Below, in pieces: positions 8,655-18,558 of a DNA stretch of 64,000 nucleotides (the first letter of the stretch is position 1; each line of letters begins with the position of its first letter). Origin of the DNA: Burkholderiales bacterium (GTDB lineage Bacteria > Pseudomonadota > Gammaproteobacteria > Burkholderiales > Burkholderiaceae_F); NCBI GenBank assembly GCA_020248865.1, contig JADCGS010000021.1, forward strand, positions 12,857 through 76,856, written 5' to 3'. The translations under genes were made by a program, and so were the position numbers. The notes under the pieces were generated by a model, which did no database searches, was not told the origin of the DNA, and worked only from the letters and a program-made list of their open reading frames with translations.

Positions 8655-11159
8655 TCACGCAGGCCGGTCTGCGCCTGCCGGCTGGCGCACGGTCTTCAGA
8701 AGGACGATCAGGTTTCCGCTTCCGTCATAGTAGGCGCGCGCGTCGTCCATCAGTGCCTTGACCAGGTGTACCCCCAGCCCGCCGATCGGCCGGTTGGCCA
8801 GATCGAGGTCGAGATCGGGTTCCGGCGCCGACCGGAACGGGTCGAAGGGCGGCGCGTCGTCCTTGAGGATGATCTCCAGCCACTCGACCGAAATGCTCAT
8901 GCGCACCCGGATGATGCGGTCCGACCGACCCTTCAGGCCGTGCGTGATGATGTTGGTGATCAGCTCCTCCAGGCACAGATTGGCCGAGAACGCAAGATCG
9001 GGCCGATCGGGAAGCGCCGCCGACACCGCATCGGCAAGGCGCTCGATCTCGGGCAACTGCGTCGGCAGGCTGTACTCGAGCAGCAGGACCTTGTTCGTCA
9101 TCGGGACGCTGGGCGGCACGGGCATGGCGAGTTCTCCTCTCGCTCGGCTCAATATCAGGCAGGTCAGGTCATCTGACGCTTCGGCGCCCGCCACGAAGGC
9201 GCTCACCTCGGCGACGAGGTGGCCCACCATGGCCTGCGCGTCCAGATCCGCGCGATTGCGGGCGAACCAGTCCTGCAACCGCCGGTTGCCAAAGGCCTCA
9301 CCGTTGGGCTCGAACGCCTCGGTGACGCCATCCGTATACATCAGCATGGCCTCACCGGGACCGAGCCGGTCATGCAGGGTAACGTAGTCCATTCCCGGCA
9401 ACACCGCCAGCGCCACATCGAAGACCGCCGGCAACTCGACTACCCGGCCATCGGCACGCCGCACCAGAGGCGCGGGGTGGCCACCGGAGGCGTACTCGAT
9501 ACGGCCCGAGGCCGGATCATAGATGGCGTAGAAGACCGTGATGAACAGCTGCATCGGGTTGCGCTGGCACAACAGGTCATTGGCCTGCGCCAGCACCTCG
9601 GCCGGCGGCCGCCCGGTAGCCGCCAGGTCGAGCAGCACCGTGCGCGAAACGGCCATGAAGAAGGCCGCCGCAACGCCCTTTCCGGAGACGTCGGCCACCA
9701 GCACGCCAGTCCGGCCGTCGGGCAGGGTCAGCATGTCGTAGAAGTCGCCGCCCAGCTCGCGTGCCGGCCGCATCAACCCGTAGATCTGCCAGTCGTCTCC
9801 GCCGGGAAACTCCTGGGGCAGCAGCGCGCGCTGCATGTCGCGGGCCAGCGCCAGCTCCTCCTGCACCCGGTGCGCCGCCGCGCTGAGCTGCGTGTTGGTC
9901 TCGGCCAATTCGGCGGTGCGCGCCCGCACCTGCTCGGAAAGCTCGCGCTCGCGCGACTCGTTCTGTTCGCGGATCAGCGCGAGCAGGCGCTCGAACTCTT
10001 CGGCCACTGTATTGAAGTTGCGCGCAACGTCCACCAGCTCGTCGCGCGTTTCGACGCGGATGCGGGCGTCGAGTCGCCCCGCACAGAAGTCGGCCGTGCC
10101 CCGCGACAGCCGGTTCAGCGAACGCAGGGTGGACACGTAGATTCCGGCAAAGAGGTAGGCAATCGCCGCCAGCGCGACGACCAGCAGCAGGCCAACCACC
10201 CACTGCGAACGGATCAACCTGTCGATACGTGCCTTCAGGTACTCGTCGGCCGCGAGGTTCTTGGCCCGGATCAGTTCCAGCGCACGCGCCTGGTTGGCGC
10301 GCGCCAGGGCGGGCAACTCAGGGCCGGCCTGCTGGCCGTCGACAATCTTGTCGGCGGCATCGAGCTGGGCAAGGACGCCAGTCTGCAGCGACTGCAGCAG
10401 CGGGTCCAGGCTCCGGGCGTTCGGGTACACGGAGCGCAACTGCGCTGTCGCCTCGGCCAATGCGGGCAGTGCCTCGGTCAGCACCACCTGGGCGCTGAAC
10501 GCGAACGGCGCGAGCTCGGGCGCGCCCATGGCCAGCGCCGTGCTGTGCTTGCCGAGCATGTCCAGGACCTGCGGCAGGCGGACGGTCAGCGCGCTGACGG
10601 TGGCATCGAGCTCCGGATCGACGTTCAGGCGGTGGTCCTGCGCGCTGCTCTGAATCAGCGTCAGCAGCGGATTGACGACCGCGTTGTAGGCAGCGAAGCG
10701 TTGCGCGTTGCCGTCGGCGGCACCCACGCCGCGCGCGAGCTGCCACGCCTCCATCAACTGGCGTGCCGCCGTTTGGCCGGCGCGCCGAGTAAAGGGCTGC
10801 TGCGACAAGGCGACCAGCCGCTCATCGAGCGCGGCCGGCCCCCGCGCCCCGCTCGGGCTGCCCCGGGGATCGTCGCGCTGGCGAACCAAATCGGCCAGCA
10901 ATTCGGTGGCGGACAGAACCACGCGCAAGCCCAGCCGCTCGCGTTCCGCCACCGCCAGCTCGTGGCGCAGGCCTTGCACCAGCGGGATGCTCAGCGCACC
11001 CAGCGCCAGCACGACTACAACGCCGATCAGCAGGTACTTGCGAGAGAAGCTGAGCAGGCCGGACAGCCTGACGGACGGCTCCAGCCAAGCCGGCGAGCCG
11101 CGCTCCACCAGCCCCCGGGGGCTGGCGAGTCGCTCCGGAGCCGAAGGCCCCTGTGTCAT
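8655..11159 (-). CDS. Membrane sensor: periplasmic domain, HAMP, PP2C/SpoIIE phosphatase and RsbW-like HATPase (anti-sigma kinase) fusion
   Basis: Two TM segments (YLLIGVVVVLALGALSIPLV; WVVGLLLVVALAAIAYLFAGIYV). HAMP (RLDARIRVETRDELVDVARNFNTVAEEF). SpoIIE motifs (GGDFYDMLTLPDGRTGVLVADVSGKGVAAAFFMA; MLMYTDGVTEA). C-terminal HATPase_c-like region (LEELITNIITHG ... GGLGVHLVKALMD). Stop is 25 nt before the STAS gene. Confidence 0.85.
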   Translation of the reverse strand: MTQGPSAPERLASPRGLVERGSPAWLEPSVRLSGLLSFSRKYLLIGVVVVLALGALSIPLVQGLRHELAVAERERLGLRVVLSATELLADLVRQRDDPRGSPSGARGPAALDERLVALSQQPFTRRAGQTAARQLMEAWQLARGVGAADGNAQRFAAYNAVVNPLLTLIQSSAQDHRLNVDPELDATVSALTVRLPQVLDMLGKHSTALAMGAPELAPFAFSAQVVLTEALPALAEATAQLRSVYPNARSLDPLLQSLQTGVLAQLDAADKIVDGQQAGPELPALARANQARALELIRAKNLAADEYLKARIDRLIRSQWVVGLLLVVALAAIAYLFAGIYVSTLRSLNRLSRGTADFCAGRLDARIRVETRDELVDVARNFNTVAEEFERLLALIREQNESRERELSEQVRARTAELAETNTQLSAAAHRVQEELALARDMQRALLPQEFPGGDDWQIYGLMRPARELGGDFYDMLTLPDGRTGVLVADVSGKGVAAAFFMAVSRTVLLDLAATGRPPAEVLAQANDLLCQRNPMQLFITVFYAIYDPASGRIEYASGGHPAPLVRRADGRVVELPAVFDVALAVLPGMDYVTLHDRLGPGEAMLMYTDGVTEAFEPNGEAFGNRRLQDWFARNRADLDAQAMVGHLVAEVSAFVAGAEASDDLTCLILSRARGELAMPVPPSVPMTNKVLLLEYSLPTQLPEIERLADAVSAALPDRPDLAFSANLCLEELITNIITHGLKGRSDRIIRVRMSISVEWLEIILKDDAPPFDPFRSAPEPDLDLDLANRPIGGLGVHLVKALMDDARAYYDGSGNLIVLLKTVRQPAGADRPA

Positions 11160-11181
11160 TCGACGTCTCGAGTCGCCCCGC

Positions 11182-11616
11182 TCAACGGGTCAGTTCCAGC
11201 ACGGACTTCAGCTCCGGATCGTTGACGCTGCGGTCAACGTAACCGATCGCACCGGGCGTGCTGCGGACGAAGCGGCGGACCTCTTCGACCGTGGCCACTT
11301 CGCGCGGTGGCAAACCCATCCCGGTGAAGGCCAGCCGCGCCCAGTAGGCTCGCAACTGACCCGGCGAGCGTCCGGTGACTCGGCTGTAGAACTCGGCACG
11401 CAGGGGACTGCCTTCGGGGAGGTCGACCGGCTGCACGCGGGTGCCATCGGGCCAGGTGGTGACCTGCCGGAGGAAGATTTGCGTCGCCTGCGCGGCGTCC
11501 AGGCGCTCGACCGGAACGGACCGGTTGACGACGACCACCAGCGTGGTCTGGGCAAACGCCACGGGGCTGAGGAACGACCCGGCGACCGCAGCCAGCAGAA
11601 GGAAACGGCGCATCAT
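11182..11616 (-). CDS. Small periplasmic PstS/PBP-like (phosphate-binding-protein-like) protein
   Basis: 144 aa. Signal peptide MMRRFLLLAAVAGSFLSPVAFAQ. PBP-like segments (IFLRQVTTWPDG, TPGAIGYVD). AGGGAG RBS. Lies between the porin and sensor genes. Confidence 0.65.
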   Translation of the reverse strand: MMRRFLLLAAVAGSFLSPVAFAQTTLVVVVNRSVPVERLDAAQATQIFLRQVTTWPDGTRVQPVDLPEGSPLRAEFYSRVTGRSPGQLRAYWARLAFTGMGLPPREVATVEEVRRFVRSTPGAIGYVDRSVNDPELKSVLELTR

Positions 11617-11627
11617 GTTCCGCTCCC

Positions 11628-12995
11628 TTAGAAAATGACGTTCAGCGAGGCGCTGAACAGGTTGACGCGGTTATCGATCGGCAGCCGTCGGACGGCCATC
11701 ACGCCGGGCACCATGGGCGAGGGAGTCCGCACCTGGTCGAACTGCAGCTTGATCGCCGCGTTTTCACGCACGTCCCAGCGCAGGCCCACGGAGACGGAGC
11801 TTGCGGAGCGGTCGGCAAACAGCGCCGCGGCGACGAAAGCAGCGTTCAACTGAGCGATCGCGCCATCCAGCTGCGGGTCCAGACCAGTGGGCGACAGAGC
11901 GCCGGTGTCCAGGGTGCCGGACCGGCGGGAATTGCGCGCCACGCTGACAAAAGGCGTGACGTTTCCCCAGGTATAGCCGGCGGTCAGCTGGCCGCCGCGA
12001 CTGCGCCCGACGAGTGGCGAGCGGGAGTCGAACGCGACCCACTCGCCGATCAGGCGCCAGCGGTCGATGTTGGCGTCAAAGCCCAGGCTGGTATACGAGG
12101 GTTGGCCGTCGTACGGGTTTCGGTAGCTGTCGATGGCGGCTGCCTTGGCCGTCAGGCCGGCCGCGACCGGTGCCGGCAGGAGCGGGGCGGACGCAACGGC
12201 CCGCAGTCCGCCGGCCACCTGTGACAGGCCGCCGTTGAACTGGTCGAGCAGCGGCGAGCGCAGCGTGAACTGGTCGCCACGCGTGTGTGAACCGCGGACC
12301 GTGACGTTGGCGAATCCGACGGTCAGCGCCAGTCCGTAGATGTCGGAGAACTTGAACTCGGCCTTGTCGACAGGCGTCGTGTTGAAGAAGTAGAAATCGC
12401 TGCTGCTGCGGCCGCCATAGCCCTGAACGAGGACACCAAAAGATCCGAAACTGCGCCGCCACTGGATGTCGGCCCCGTCGACATGCGGCACGAGGTTTGC
12501 CAGGAACCCGTAAATCGGCATTGGCGGCCGCGCCATCAGGTACGCGTACCCGATTTCCGATACATCGGAGTCCAGATAGAACGGACTGCGGAACCGTCCG
12601 ACCCGCACCGCCGCATCGGCACCGAATTGCTGCCGCAGGTAAGCCATCCGCAGGCGTGGCTCGAAGTCTTCACCCGCGCGCACCACCCCCTGCAACGTGG
12701 CCGAGGTGGACTCGAGAAGCCGCAGGTCAGCCTGGAGTCCTGCCACCGTGTCCAGCCGGCCAGACCATCCTTTCCGGGCCGGAGACTCCTGCTGGAACGA
12801 GATGATGGGTTCCGCGGTTTCGTTGCTGTGGTGAGTCAGGCCGAGGGTCGCAAAACCCGACAGGCGCAGCGGGCTGGAGACCGGGTCGGGCGACTGTGCC
12901 TGGGCAAGACCCATCGACACAGCCGCAAGCAAACCGGCCACCGCCGGCCACCATCGGCCCACCGGCCGCTCGAATTCATCCTGGTGCTCATGCAT
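11628..12995 (-). CDS. Outer-membrane beta-barrel porin (family not assigned)
   Basis: Start at ATG 12995 (MHEHQDEFERPVGRWWPAVAGLLAAVSMGLAQAQS, signal peptide). Amphipathic beta-strand pattern. C-terminus ..NLFSASLNVIF has the aromatic terminal residue typical of OM barrels. Confidence 0.7.
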   Translation of the reverse strand: MHEHQDEFERPVGRWWPAVAGLLAAVSMGLAQAQSPDPVSSPLRLSGFATLGLTHHSNETAEPIISFQQESPARKGWSGRLDTVAGLQADLRLLESTSATLQGVVRAGEDFEPRLRMAYLRQQFGADAAVRVGRFRSPFYLDSDVSEIGYAYLMARPPMPIYGFLANLVPHVDGADIQWRRSFGSFGVLVQGYGGRSSSDFYFFNTTPVDKAEFKFSDIYGLALTVGFANVTVRGSHTRGDQFTLRSPLLDQFNGGLSQVAGGLRAVASAPLLPAPVAAGLTAKAAAIDSYRNPYDGQPSYTSLGFDANIDRWRLIGEWVAFDSRSPLVGRSRGGQLTAGYTWGNVTPFVSVARNSRRSGTLDTGALSPTGLDPQLDGAIAQLNAAFVAAALFADRSASSVSVGLRWDVRENAAIKLQFDQVRTPSPMVPGVMAVRRLPIDNRVNLFSASLNVIF

Positions 12996-13270
12996 GCCGC
13001 ACACTCCACCCTGGCAAACTGAACCGACGCCGGCCTGACCCGGACCACCGACCGGATGATACGAAAGGCCCCGCCCCCTCGATGCCCGTACAAACGACCA
13101 TGTTGCGCTTGGAAAACAAGATCCGCGCAACCCTCCATGATCGCGACGCAACGGCGACGCCGCCGATGAAGCCATGGCGCCACGCGAACCTGGAGGATGG
13201 TGGGTACGGCAGCAATTTGTACCAGTTGTAGGTTGCCTGCGCGTTGCCCTTCGCGCCGGCCCCTTCTTCT

Positions 13271-15145
13271 TCAGACGGCCGCGCCGCGCGAGCGCTCGGC
13301 GTACCGCGGCCAACCCGAGCTGGCGTCGAGCGCGAGGCAAGCCTCGTCATAGCCCTGCTGCACGGCCTGCGCGTAGCTGCCCCACTGCAGCATGCCGATG
13401 CGCGGCATGGCAGGCCGCACCACGAGGTCGGCCTGCCGCGCAGCCGCGCGTTGGCGCGCCGTGCCGTGCAGCGCGGTCACGTTCATCAGGTAGTTGGGCA
13501 GGCTGGGCAGACGGTAGCGGCGCTGCCGGCGCGGCCGCAGGCGGTCGCGCAGCAGTTGCCAGGGCGTGGGCATGACCTCGATATCCAGCGGGCGGGGCGT
13601 ATCCAGCCCGAGGTCGACACCAACGACGTAGCCGATACCCCAGGTGTTGCGCATCACGTCCACCGGGAAGTTGTTGAGCACGCCGCCATCGCACAGCAGC
13701 TCGCCGCCCAGCAGGACCGGCGGCAGCGCACCGGGGATCGCGCAACTGGCCATCACCGCCGGCACCAGCGGTCCCGCGTCCAGAACCACCTCGCGGGCGC
13801 GCGCCACGCTGGTCGCAATGCACGCGTACGAATTCCAGAGGTCTTCGATCTGAAGGCCTGCGGCACCACCAAAGCGCTGCTCGGTCCAGTCCATCATGCC
13901 GCGCAGCCGCTGGCCCTTGACCAGCGCCAGCAGTGGCATCAGCGTCCAGTCGCCGGTGGGATTGGCGGCGAAGTGCCGGGCGAAGGTCTCGCGCACCGCC
14001 TCGGCGCTGACACCGAAGGCCATGAGTGCGCCGAACACGGCGCCCATGCTGGTGCCGGCAACGGCGTCCACCGGCACGCCGCGCTCGAGCAAGGCCCGGT
14101 AAACGCCGACGTGGGCCGCGCCGCGCGCGCCACCGCCCGACAGCACCAGACCCACGCCGCGCCGGCCCAGCAGGCGGGCCAGCCGTGTCACGCCGGCGGC
14201 ATCTCCTTCGCGCAGATGCACATGCGCCGACAGCCGCCGAGGGGCGCGCCAGCGCGCCGTGCCCGTGGGGCAGAGGCGGCCCGGCTGCTGCAGCAGCACC
14301 AGCACCGTGGCCGGAGCCGGCTGCCCATCGCCGTCGGCGAGCCGGCAGTCCCGCTCGATGGCACCGGGCGCCGGATCGTCGTCTGCGTGCGCCAGCAGCA
14401 CGACCTCGTCGCCCTGGCGCGTGCAGCAACGGGTCCAGGCGGTGGGTGCGGGGTCGGCCAGCAGCAGCAGCAGGTCGTGCTCGGACTCGATGCGGTCCAG
14501 CGCCACCGCCATGCGGCGCGCCGATTCGGCGTCGTCGCCCGGCGGCTGGCCGATGCAGGCGCTGATCGCCGCTGCATCAACCCGGGCCACGCGGCCGTGG
14601 CGCGCCAGCTCTGCGGCCACACCATCGACCAGCGCCCGCACCGTGGCCGCGTCGACGCGACCACCGAGCGGCAGGAACGCGATGGCCACCGGACGGTCCG
14701 GCCGCACCCCTTGGCCCTGGGACTGCAGCCGGCCGATGATCTGCCGCGTCAGCGCCATGGTCACGGCCGGGTGCTGCCGGACCAGGGCGTCGAAGCTCGG
14801 CCGGCTCAGCCGCGCCAGCACCGAGTCGCGCACCGCCACCAGGGTCGCCGAGCGCGGCGCGTCGGCGATCAGGCTCATCTCGCCGACGACCTGCCCGCGG
14901 GTGATCTCGCGCATCGTGCGGCTGCGGCCGTCGGCGCCGGTGATGCTCACGCGCAGCCGGCCGGATGCCAGCACATACATGGCGTCGCCGGGTTCGCCCT
15001 CGCGCATCAGCACGCCGCCGGCGGGCAACTCCAGCCACTCCACTCCCGCCTGCAGCGCGCCGATCACGCCCTCGTCGGCGCCCTGCAGGAAAGCGCGCAG
15101 GTGGGATTGCAGCAGTTCGTCGAGACGCAGGTTGGGTGCAAACAT
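13271..15145 (-). CDS. Cyclic-nucleotide-binding domain + patatin-like phospholipase (NTE-like), paralog 1
   Basis: Start at ATG 15145 (MFAPNLRLDELL). CNB phosphate-binding cassette GEMSLIADAPRSATLVA. Patatin motifs GLVLSGGGARGAAHVG (oxyanion), GTSMGA (GxSxG) and CDGGVLNNFPVD (catalytic Asp). Confidence 0.9.
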   Translation of the reverse strand: MFAPNLRLDELLQSHLRAFLQGADEGVIGALQAGVEWLELPAGGVLMREGEPGDAMYVLASGRLRVSITGADGRSRTMREITRGQVVGEMSLIADAPRSATLVAVRDSVLARLSRPSFDALVRQHPAVTMALTRQIIGRLQSQGQGVRPDRPVAIAFLPLGGRVDAATVRALVDGVAAELARHGRVARVDAAAISACIGQPPGDDAESARRMAVALDRIESEHDLLLLLADPAPTAWTRCCTRQGDEVVLLAHADDDPAPGAIERDCRLADGDGQPAPATVLVLLQQPGRLCPTGTARWRAPRRLSAHVHLREGDAAGVTRLARLLGRRGVGLVLSGGGARGAAHVGVYRALLERGVPVDAVAGTSMGAVFGALMAFGVSAEAVRETFARHFAANPTGDWTLMPLLALVKGQRLRGMMDWTEQRFGGAAGLQIEDLWNSYACIATSVARAREVVLDAGPLVPAVMASCAIPGALPPVLLGGELLCDGGVLNNFPVDVMRNTWGIGYVVGVDLGLDTPRPLDIEVMPTPWQLLRDRLRPRRQRRYRLPSLPNYLMNVTALHGTARQRAAARQADLVVRPAMPRIGMLQWGSYAQAVQQGYDEACLALDASSGWPRYAERSRGAAV

Positions 15146-15431
15146 GACACGGCCAGAATATCGCAGGCAACGGCCGGCCAAGCAGGGGGGCGGCGCCGGA
15201 TGCGCCGCCGCACTGGCGCAGCGGGCTCCGCGCAGGCCGTGAACCGGGACACCCTGCGAGGTCGCGCAGACAGGCCCGCAGCGCCCGGGGCGGACGCACG
15301 CTTGCCCCGCCGCCGGCCCGGCGGCGAAAGCTGTGCCCGGCCGCCATGGCTGCCCGCCGAAATCGGCGATCCAGGCGGCGATCCTTGTCGTCGATGAACC
15401 CAAACCTTGTCCACGGCGTCAAACTCGCGTC

Positions 15432-16859
15432 ATGCAACTGACTTTCTTCGGCGCCGCCGGCGAGGTGACCGGTTCCTGTCTGCGGGTGCAGTCCGGGCCG
15501 GTTCGGTTCCTGGTGGACTGCGGCATGTTTCAGGGCGCCAGCCGCGGGCCCGACAGCGCACCGGTGAAGAACCGCGCCGCCTGGGCACGCGACCACGGGC
15601 GGCTGGACTTCATCCTGCTCACCCACGCCCACTTGGACCACTGCGGCCTGCTGCCGCGCTTTGCGCACGGCCCGTGGCGCCCCCCCATCTACTGCACCAA
15701 GCCCACCGCCGACCTGGTGCCGGTGATGCTGCGCGACAGCGCGCATGTGCAGCAGCGAGATGTCCATGGCAGCACCCGCGGCCGCCGCAGCCGGCCGACC
15801 GACGCGCCGCTGTACACGCGCGAGGACGTCGACCGGCTGGCGCTGCAGTTGTACGGCGTGCCGTACGACGTGCAGGTGCAGCCGCACCCGGCGGTGACGG
15901 TCACGTTCCGCAGCGCCGGCCACATCGTCGGCGCAGCCTTCGTGGAGATCGTGCTGCGCGAGCACGGGCCGCGCAAGACGACCGAGCGCCTGCTGGTGGT
16001 CTCGGGTGATCTCGGCGAGGCCTCGCCGCTGATCGTGCGGCCACGCGCGGCGCTGCGCCGCGCCGACGTACTGGTGCTCGAATCCACCTATGGCGACCGC
16101 AATCACCGCAGTCTGCGGGAAACCGAGGACGAGCTGGTGCAGGTGGTCGACGAGGTGCTGCACCGGCGCCGCGGCAACCTGATCGTGCCCGCCTTCGCGC
16201 TGGGCCGCGCGCAGGAGTTGCTGGTGCTGCTGTACAAGCTGGCACTGACCGGCCGTGTGCGCGTGCCGCTGGTGTTCGTCGACTCGCCGCTGGCGCAGCA
16301 GGCCGCCGGCGTCACCTTCGCGCACCTGGACGCCCTCGATGCCGACGCCGCCGCCTTCCACGCCGCCTTCACGCGGCGGCCGGGCGCGCGCACGCCCGGG
16401 CTGCCCTTCGCGCTGCGCTACACCGAGAGCGTGGAAGACTCGATGTTCCTCAACTCGATCCGCCAGGGCGCGGTCATCATCGCCGCCAGCGGCATGTGCG
16501 ACGCGGGGCGCATCCGCCATCACCTGCGCCACAACCTCGGCCGCAGCGAGTGCGGGGTGCTGTTCACCGGCTACCAGGCTGCCGGCACGCTGGGGCGCCG
16601 GATCGTCGACGGCGCGCGCAGCGTGCATCTGTTCGGCGAGACGATCCCGGTGCGCGCCAGCGTCCACACGCTGGGCGGGCTGTCGGCCCACGCCGGCCAG
16701 GACGCGCTGCTGGACTGGGTGCGCGGCGTGCCGCGGCCGCAGGCGACCTACGTGGTGCACGGCGAGCCGGAGGCCTCGCACGCGCTGTCGGCGCGGCTGG
16801 AACGCGAGCTGTGCTGGTCGCCGGTGGTGGCGCAGCCGGGGCAGGCGTATGAGCCCTAG
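15432..16859 (+). CDS. MBL-fold beta-CASP (RNA-metabolising type) metallo-hydrolase
   Basis: Start at ATG 15432 ([19 protein letters not shown]). HxHxDH motif [12 protein letters not shown]. beta-CASP-like C-terminal part (..[16 protein letters not shown]..). Confidence 0.85.
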   Translation: MQLTFFGAAGEVTGSCLRVQSGPVRFLVDCGMFQGASRGPDSAPVKNRAAWARDHGRLDFILLTHAHLDHCGLLPRFAHGPWRPPIYCTKPTADLVPVMLRDSAHVQQRDVHGSTRGRRSRPTDAPLYTREDVDRLALQLYGVPYDVQVQPHPAVTVTFRSAGHIVGAAFVEIVLREHGPRKTTERLLVVSGDLGEASPLIVRPRAALRRADVLVLESTYGDRNHRSLRETEDELVQVVDEVLHRRRGNLIVPAFALGRAQELLVLLYKLALTGRVRVPLVFVDSPLAQQAAGVTFAHLDALDADAAAFHAAFTRRPGARTPGLPFALRYTESVEDSMFLNSIRQGAVIIAASGMCDAGRIRHHLRHNLGRSECGVLFTGYQAAGTLGRRIVDGARSVHLFGETIPVRASVHTLGGLSAHAGQDALLDWVRGVPRPQATYVVHGEPEASHALSARLERELCWSPVVAQPGQAYEP

Positions 16860-18477
16860 TCCGACGGCCGCGCTGCCGACCGCGCCCGACCGTCCGAAGG
16901 CGACTGCGGCCGCCTCCGCCGCCAGCGCGGCTGCGCCCCTGCAGGTGCGCCGCATCGGCATCGACACCTATCGCGAGAACGTCGCCTTCCTGCGGCGCGA
17001 CTGCCCGGTCTACCGGGCCGAGGGCTTCCAGGCGCTGTCGAAGGTGGAGGTGTCGGCCAACGGCACCAGCATCCTGGCGGTGCTCAACGTGGTCGACGCC
17101 CTGGACCACGCGGCGCTGATCGGCGAGTGCGAGCTCGGCCTGTCCGAAGAAGCCTTCGCGCAACTGGGGCTGGCCGAGGGCGCCGGGGTGCGGATCGCGC
17201 ACGCCGAGCCGCCGGCCTCGATCGTCTCGCTCAAGCGCAAGATCGGCGGCGAGCGGCTCGACGCCGACGAACTGGCCGCGATCGTGCGCGACATCGCCAC
17301 GCACCGCTACTCGAAGATCGAGCTGGCGGCCTTCATCGTGGCCACCAGCCGCTTTGACCTGGACCGCGACGAGGTGCTCAACCTCACCGCGGCCATGGTG
17401 GCGGTCGGCCGACGGCTCGACTGGAAGGAGAAACCGGTCGTCGACAAGCACTGCATCGGCGGCATTCCCGGCAACCGCACCTCGATGCTGGTGGTGCCGA
17501 TCGTCGCTGCGCACGGCATGCTGATGCCCAAGACCTCGAGCCGCGCCATCACCTCGCCGGCCGGCACCGCCGACACCATGGAGTGCCTGGCCACGGTCGA
17601 GTTGCCGTTCGACCGCATGGAGGCCATCGTGCGCGCGCACCGCGCCTGCCTGGCCTGGGGCGGCCGCGCCGAGCTCTCTCCGGCCGACGATGTGCTGATC
17701 TCGGTGTCGCGCCCGCTGTCGGTCGACTCGCCCGGTCAGATGGTGGCCTCGATCCTGAGCAAGAAGATCGCCGCCGGCTCCACTCACCTCGTGCTCGACA
17801 TCCCGCTCGGGCCGACCGCCAAGGTGCGGCACATGGACGATGCGCAGCGCCTGAAGAAGCTGTTCGAGTACGTGGCCACGCGCAGCGGGCTGCAGCTCGA
17901 CGCCGTGATCACCGACGGCCGCCAGCCGGTGGGCCGCGGTGTGGGCCCCGCGCTGGAGGCGCGCGACGTGCTCAAGGTGCTGCACAACGACCCCGATGCG
18001 CCGGCCGACCTGCGGCTGAAGGCGCTGCGGCTGGCTGGCCGGGTGCTGGAATTCGACCCCGACCTGCGCGGCGGCGACGGCTTCAACGTGGCGCGCGACA
18101 TCCTCGACTCCGGCCGCGCGCTGGCCAAGATGAGCGCGCTGATCGCCGCCCAGGGCGCGCGTCCGTTCGACCGCCACCGACCGCCGCTGGCGCCGCTGAC
18201 CTGCGAGGTGACGGCCGCCGCTGCGGGCACCGTGATCGGCATTCACAACGAGCAGATCGCGCGCATCGCGCGGCTGGCCGGCGCGCCCAAGGCGCAGGGC
18301 GCCGGCGTGGACCTCGCGCGCAAGCTGGGCGAGCGCGTGCAGGCGGGCGAGCCGCTGTACCGGATCTACGCCGCCAGCGGCTCCGAGCTGCAGTTCGCGC
18401 GCAGCGCCGCCGCGCAGGACAGCGGTTACACGGTCGGCGACGCGGCGGCCGTGCCGCAGGTCTTCGCGGAGCTGTGA
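16849..18477 (+). CDS. Thymidine/pyrimidine-nucleoside-phosphorylase-family protein (AMP-phosphorylase-like, 'putative thymidine phosphorylase')
   Basis: ATG 16849 (MSPSPTAAL) overlaps the MBL gene stop by 11 nt. Family motifs [67 protein letters not shown]. Confidence 0.85.
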   Translation: MSPSPTAALPTAPDRPKATAAASAASAAAPLQVRRIGIDTYRENVAFLRRDCPVYRAEGFQALSKVEVSANGTSILAVLNVVDALDHAALIGECELGLSEEAFAQLGLAEGAGVRIAHAEPPASIVSLKRKIGGERLDADELAAIVRDIATHRYSKIELAAFIVATSRFDLDRDEVLNLTAAMVAVGRRLDWKEKPVVDKHCIGGIPGNRTSMLVVPIVAAHGMLMPKTSSRAITSPAGTADTMECLATVELPFDRMEAIVRAHRACLAWGGRAELSPADDVLISVSRPLSVDSPGQMVASILSKKIAAGSTHLVLDIPLGPTAKVRHMDDAQRLKKLFEYVATRSGLQLDAVITDGRQPVGRGVGPALEARDVLKVLHNDPDAPADLRLKALRLAGRVLEFDPDLRGGDGFNVARDILDSGRALAKMSALIAAQGARPFDRHRPPLAPLTCEVTAAAAGTVIGIHNEQIARIARLAGAPKAQGAGVDLARKLGERVQAGEPLYRIYAASGSELQFARSAAAQDSGYTVGDAAAVPQVFAEL

Positions 18478-18558
18478 GGGCTGCGCGTTGAAGTTTGCGC
18501 GTTCAAATTTGCGCATTGAGATCCGCCAATTGAGGTCTGCGCACTGGGGGCTCCAGCC

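Noticed and set aside
13200-13225. Sigma-54 promoter (minus strand CTGGTACAAATTGCTG) upstream of the porin operon.
   Set aside because: The GG-to-GC spacing is 2 nt shorter than the strictly conserved -24/-12 spacing, and no enhancer-binding protein gene is nearby.
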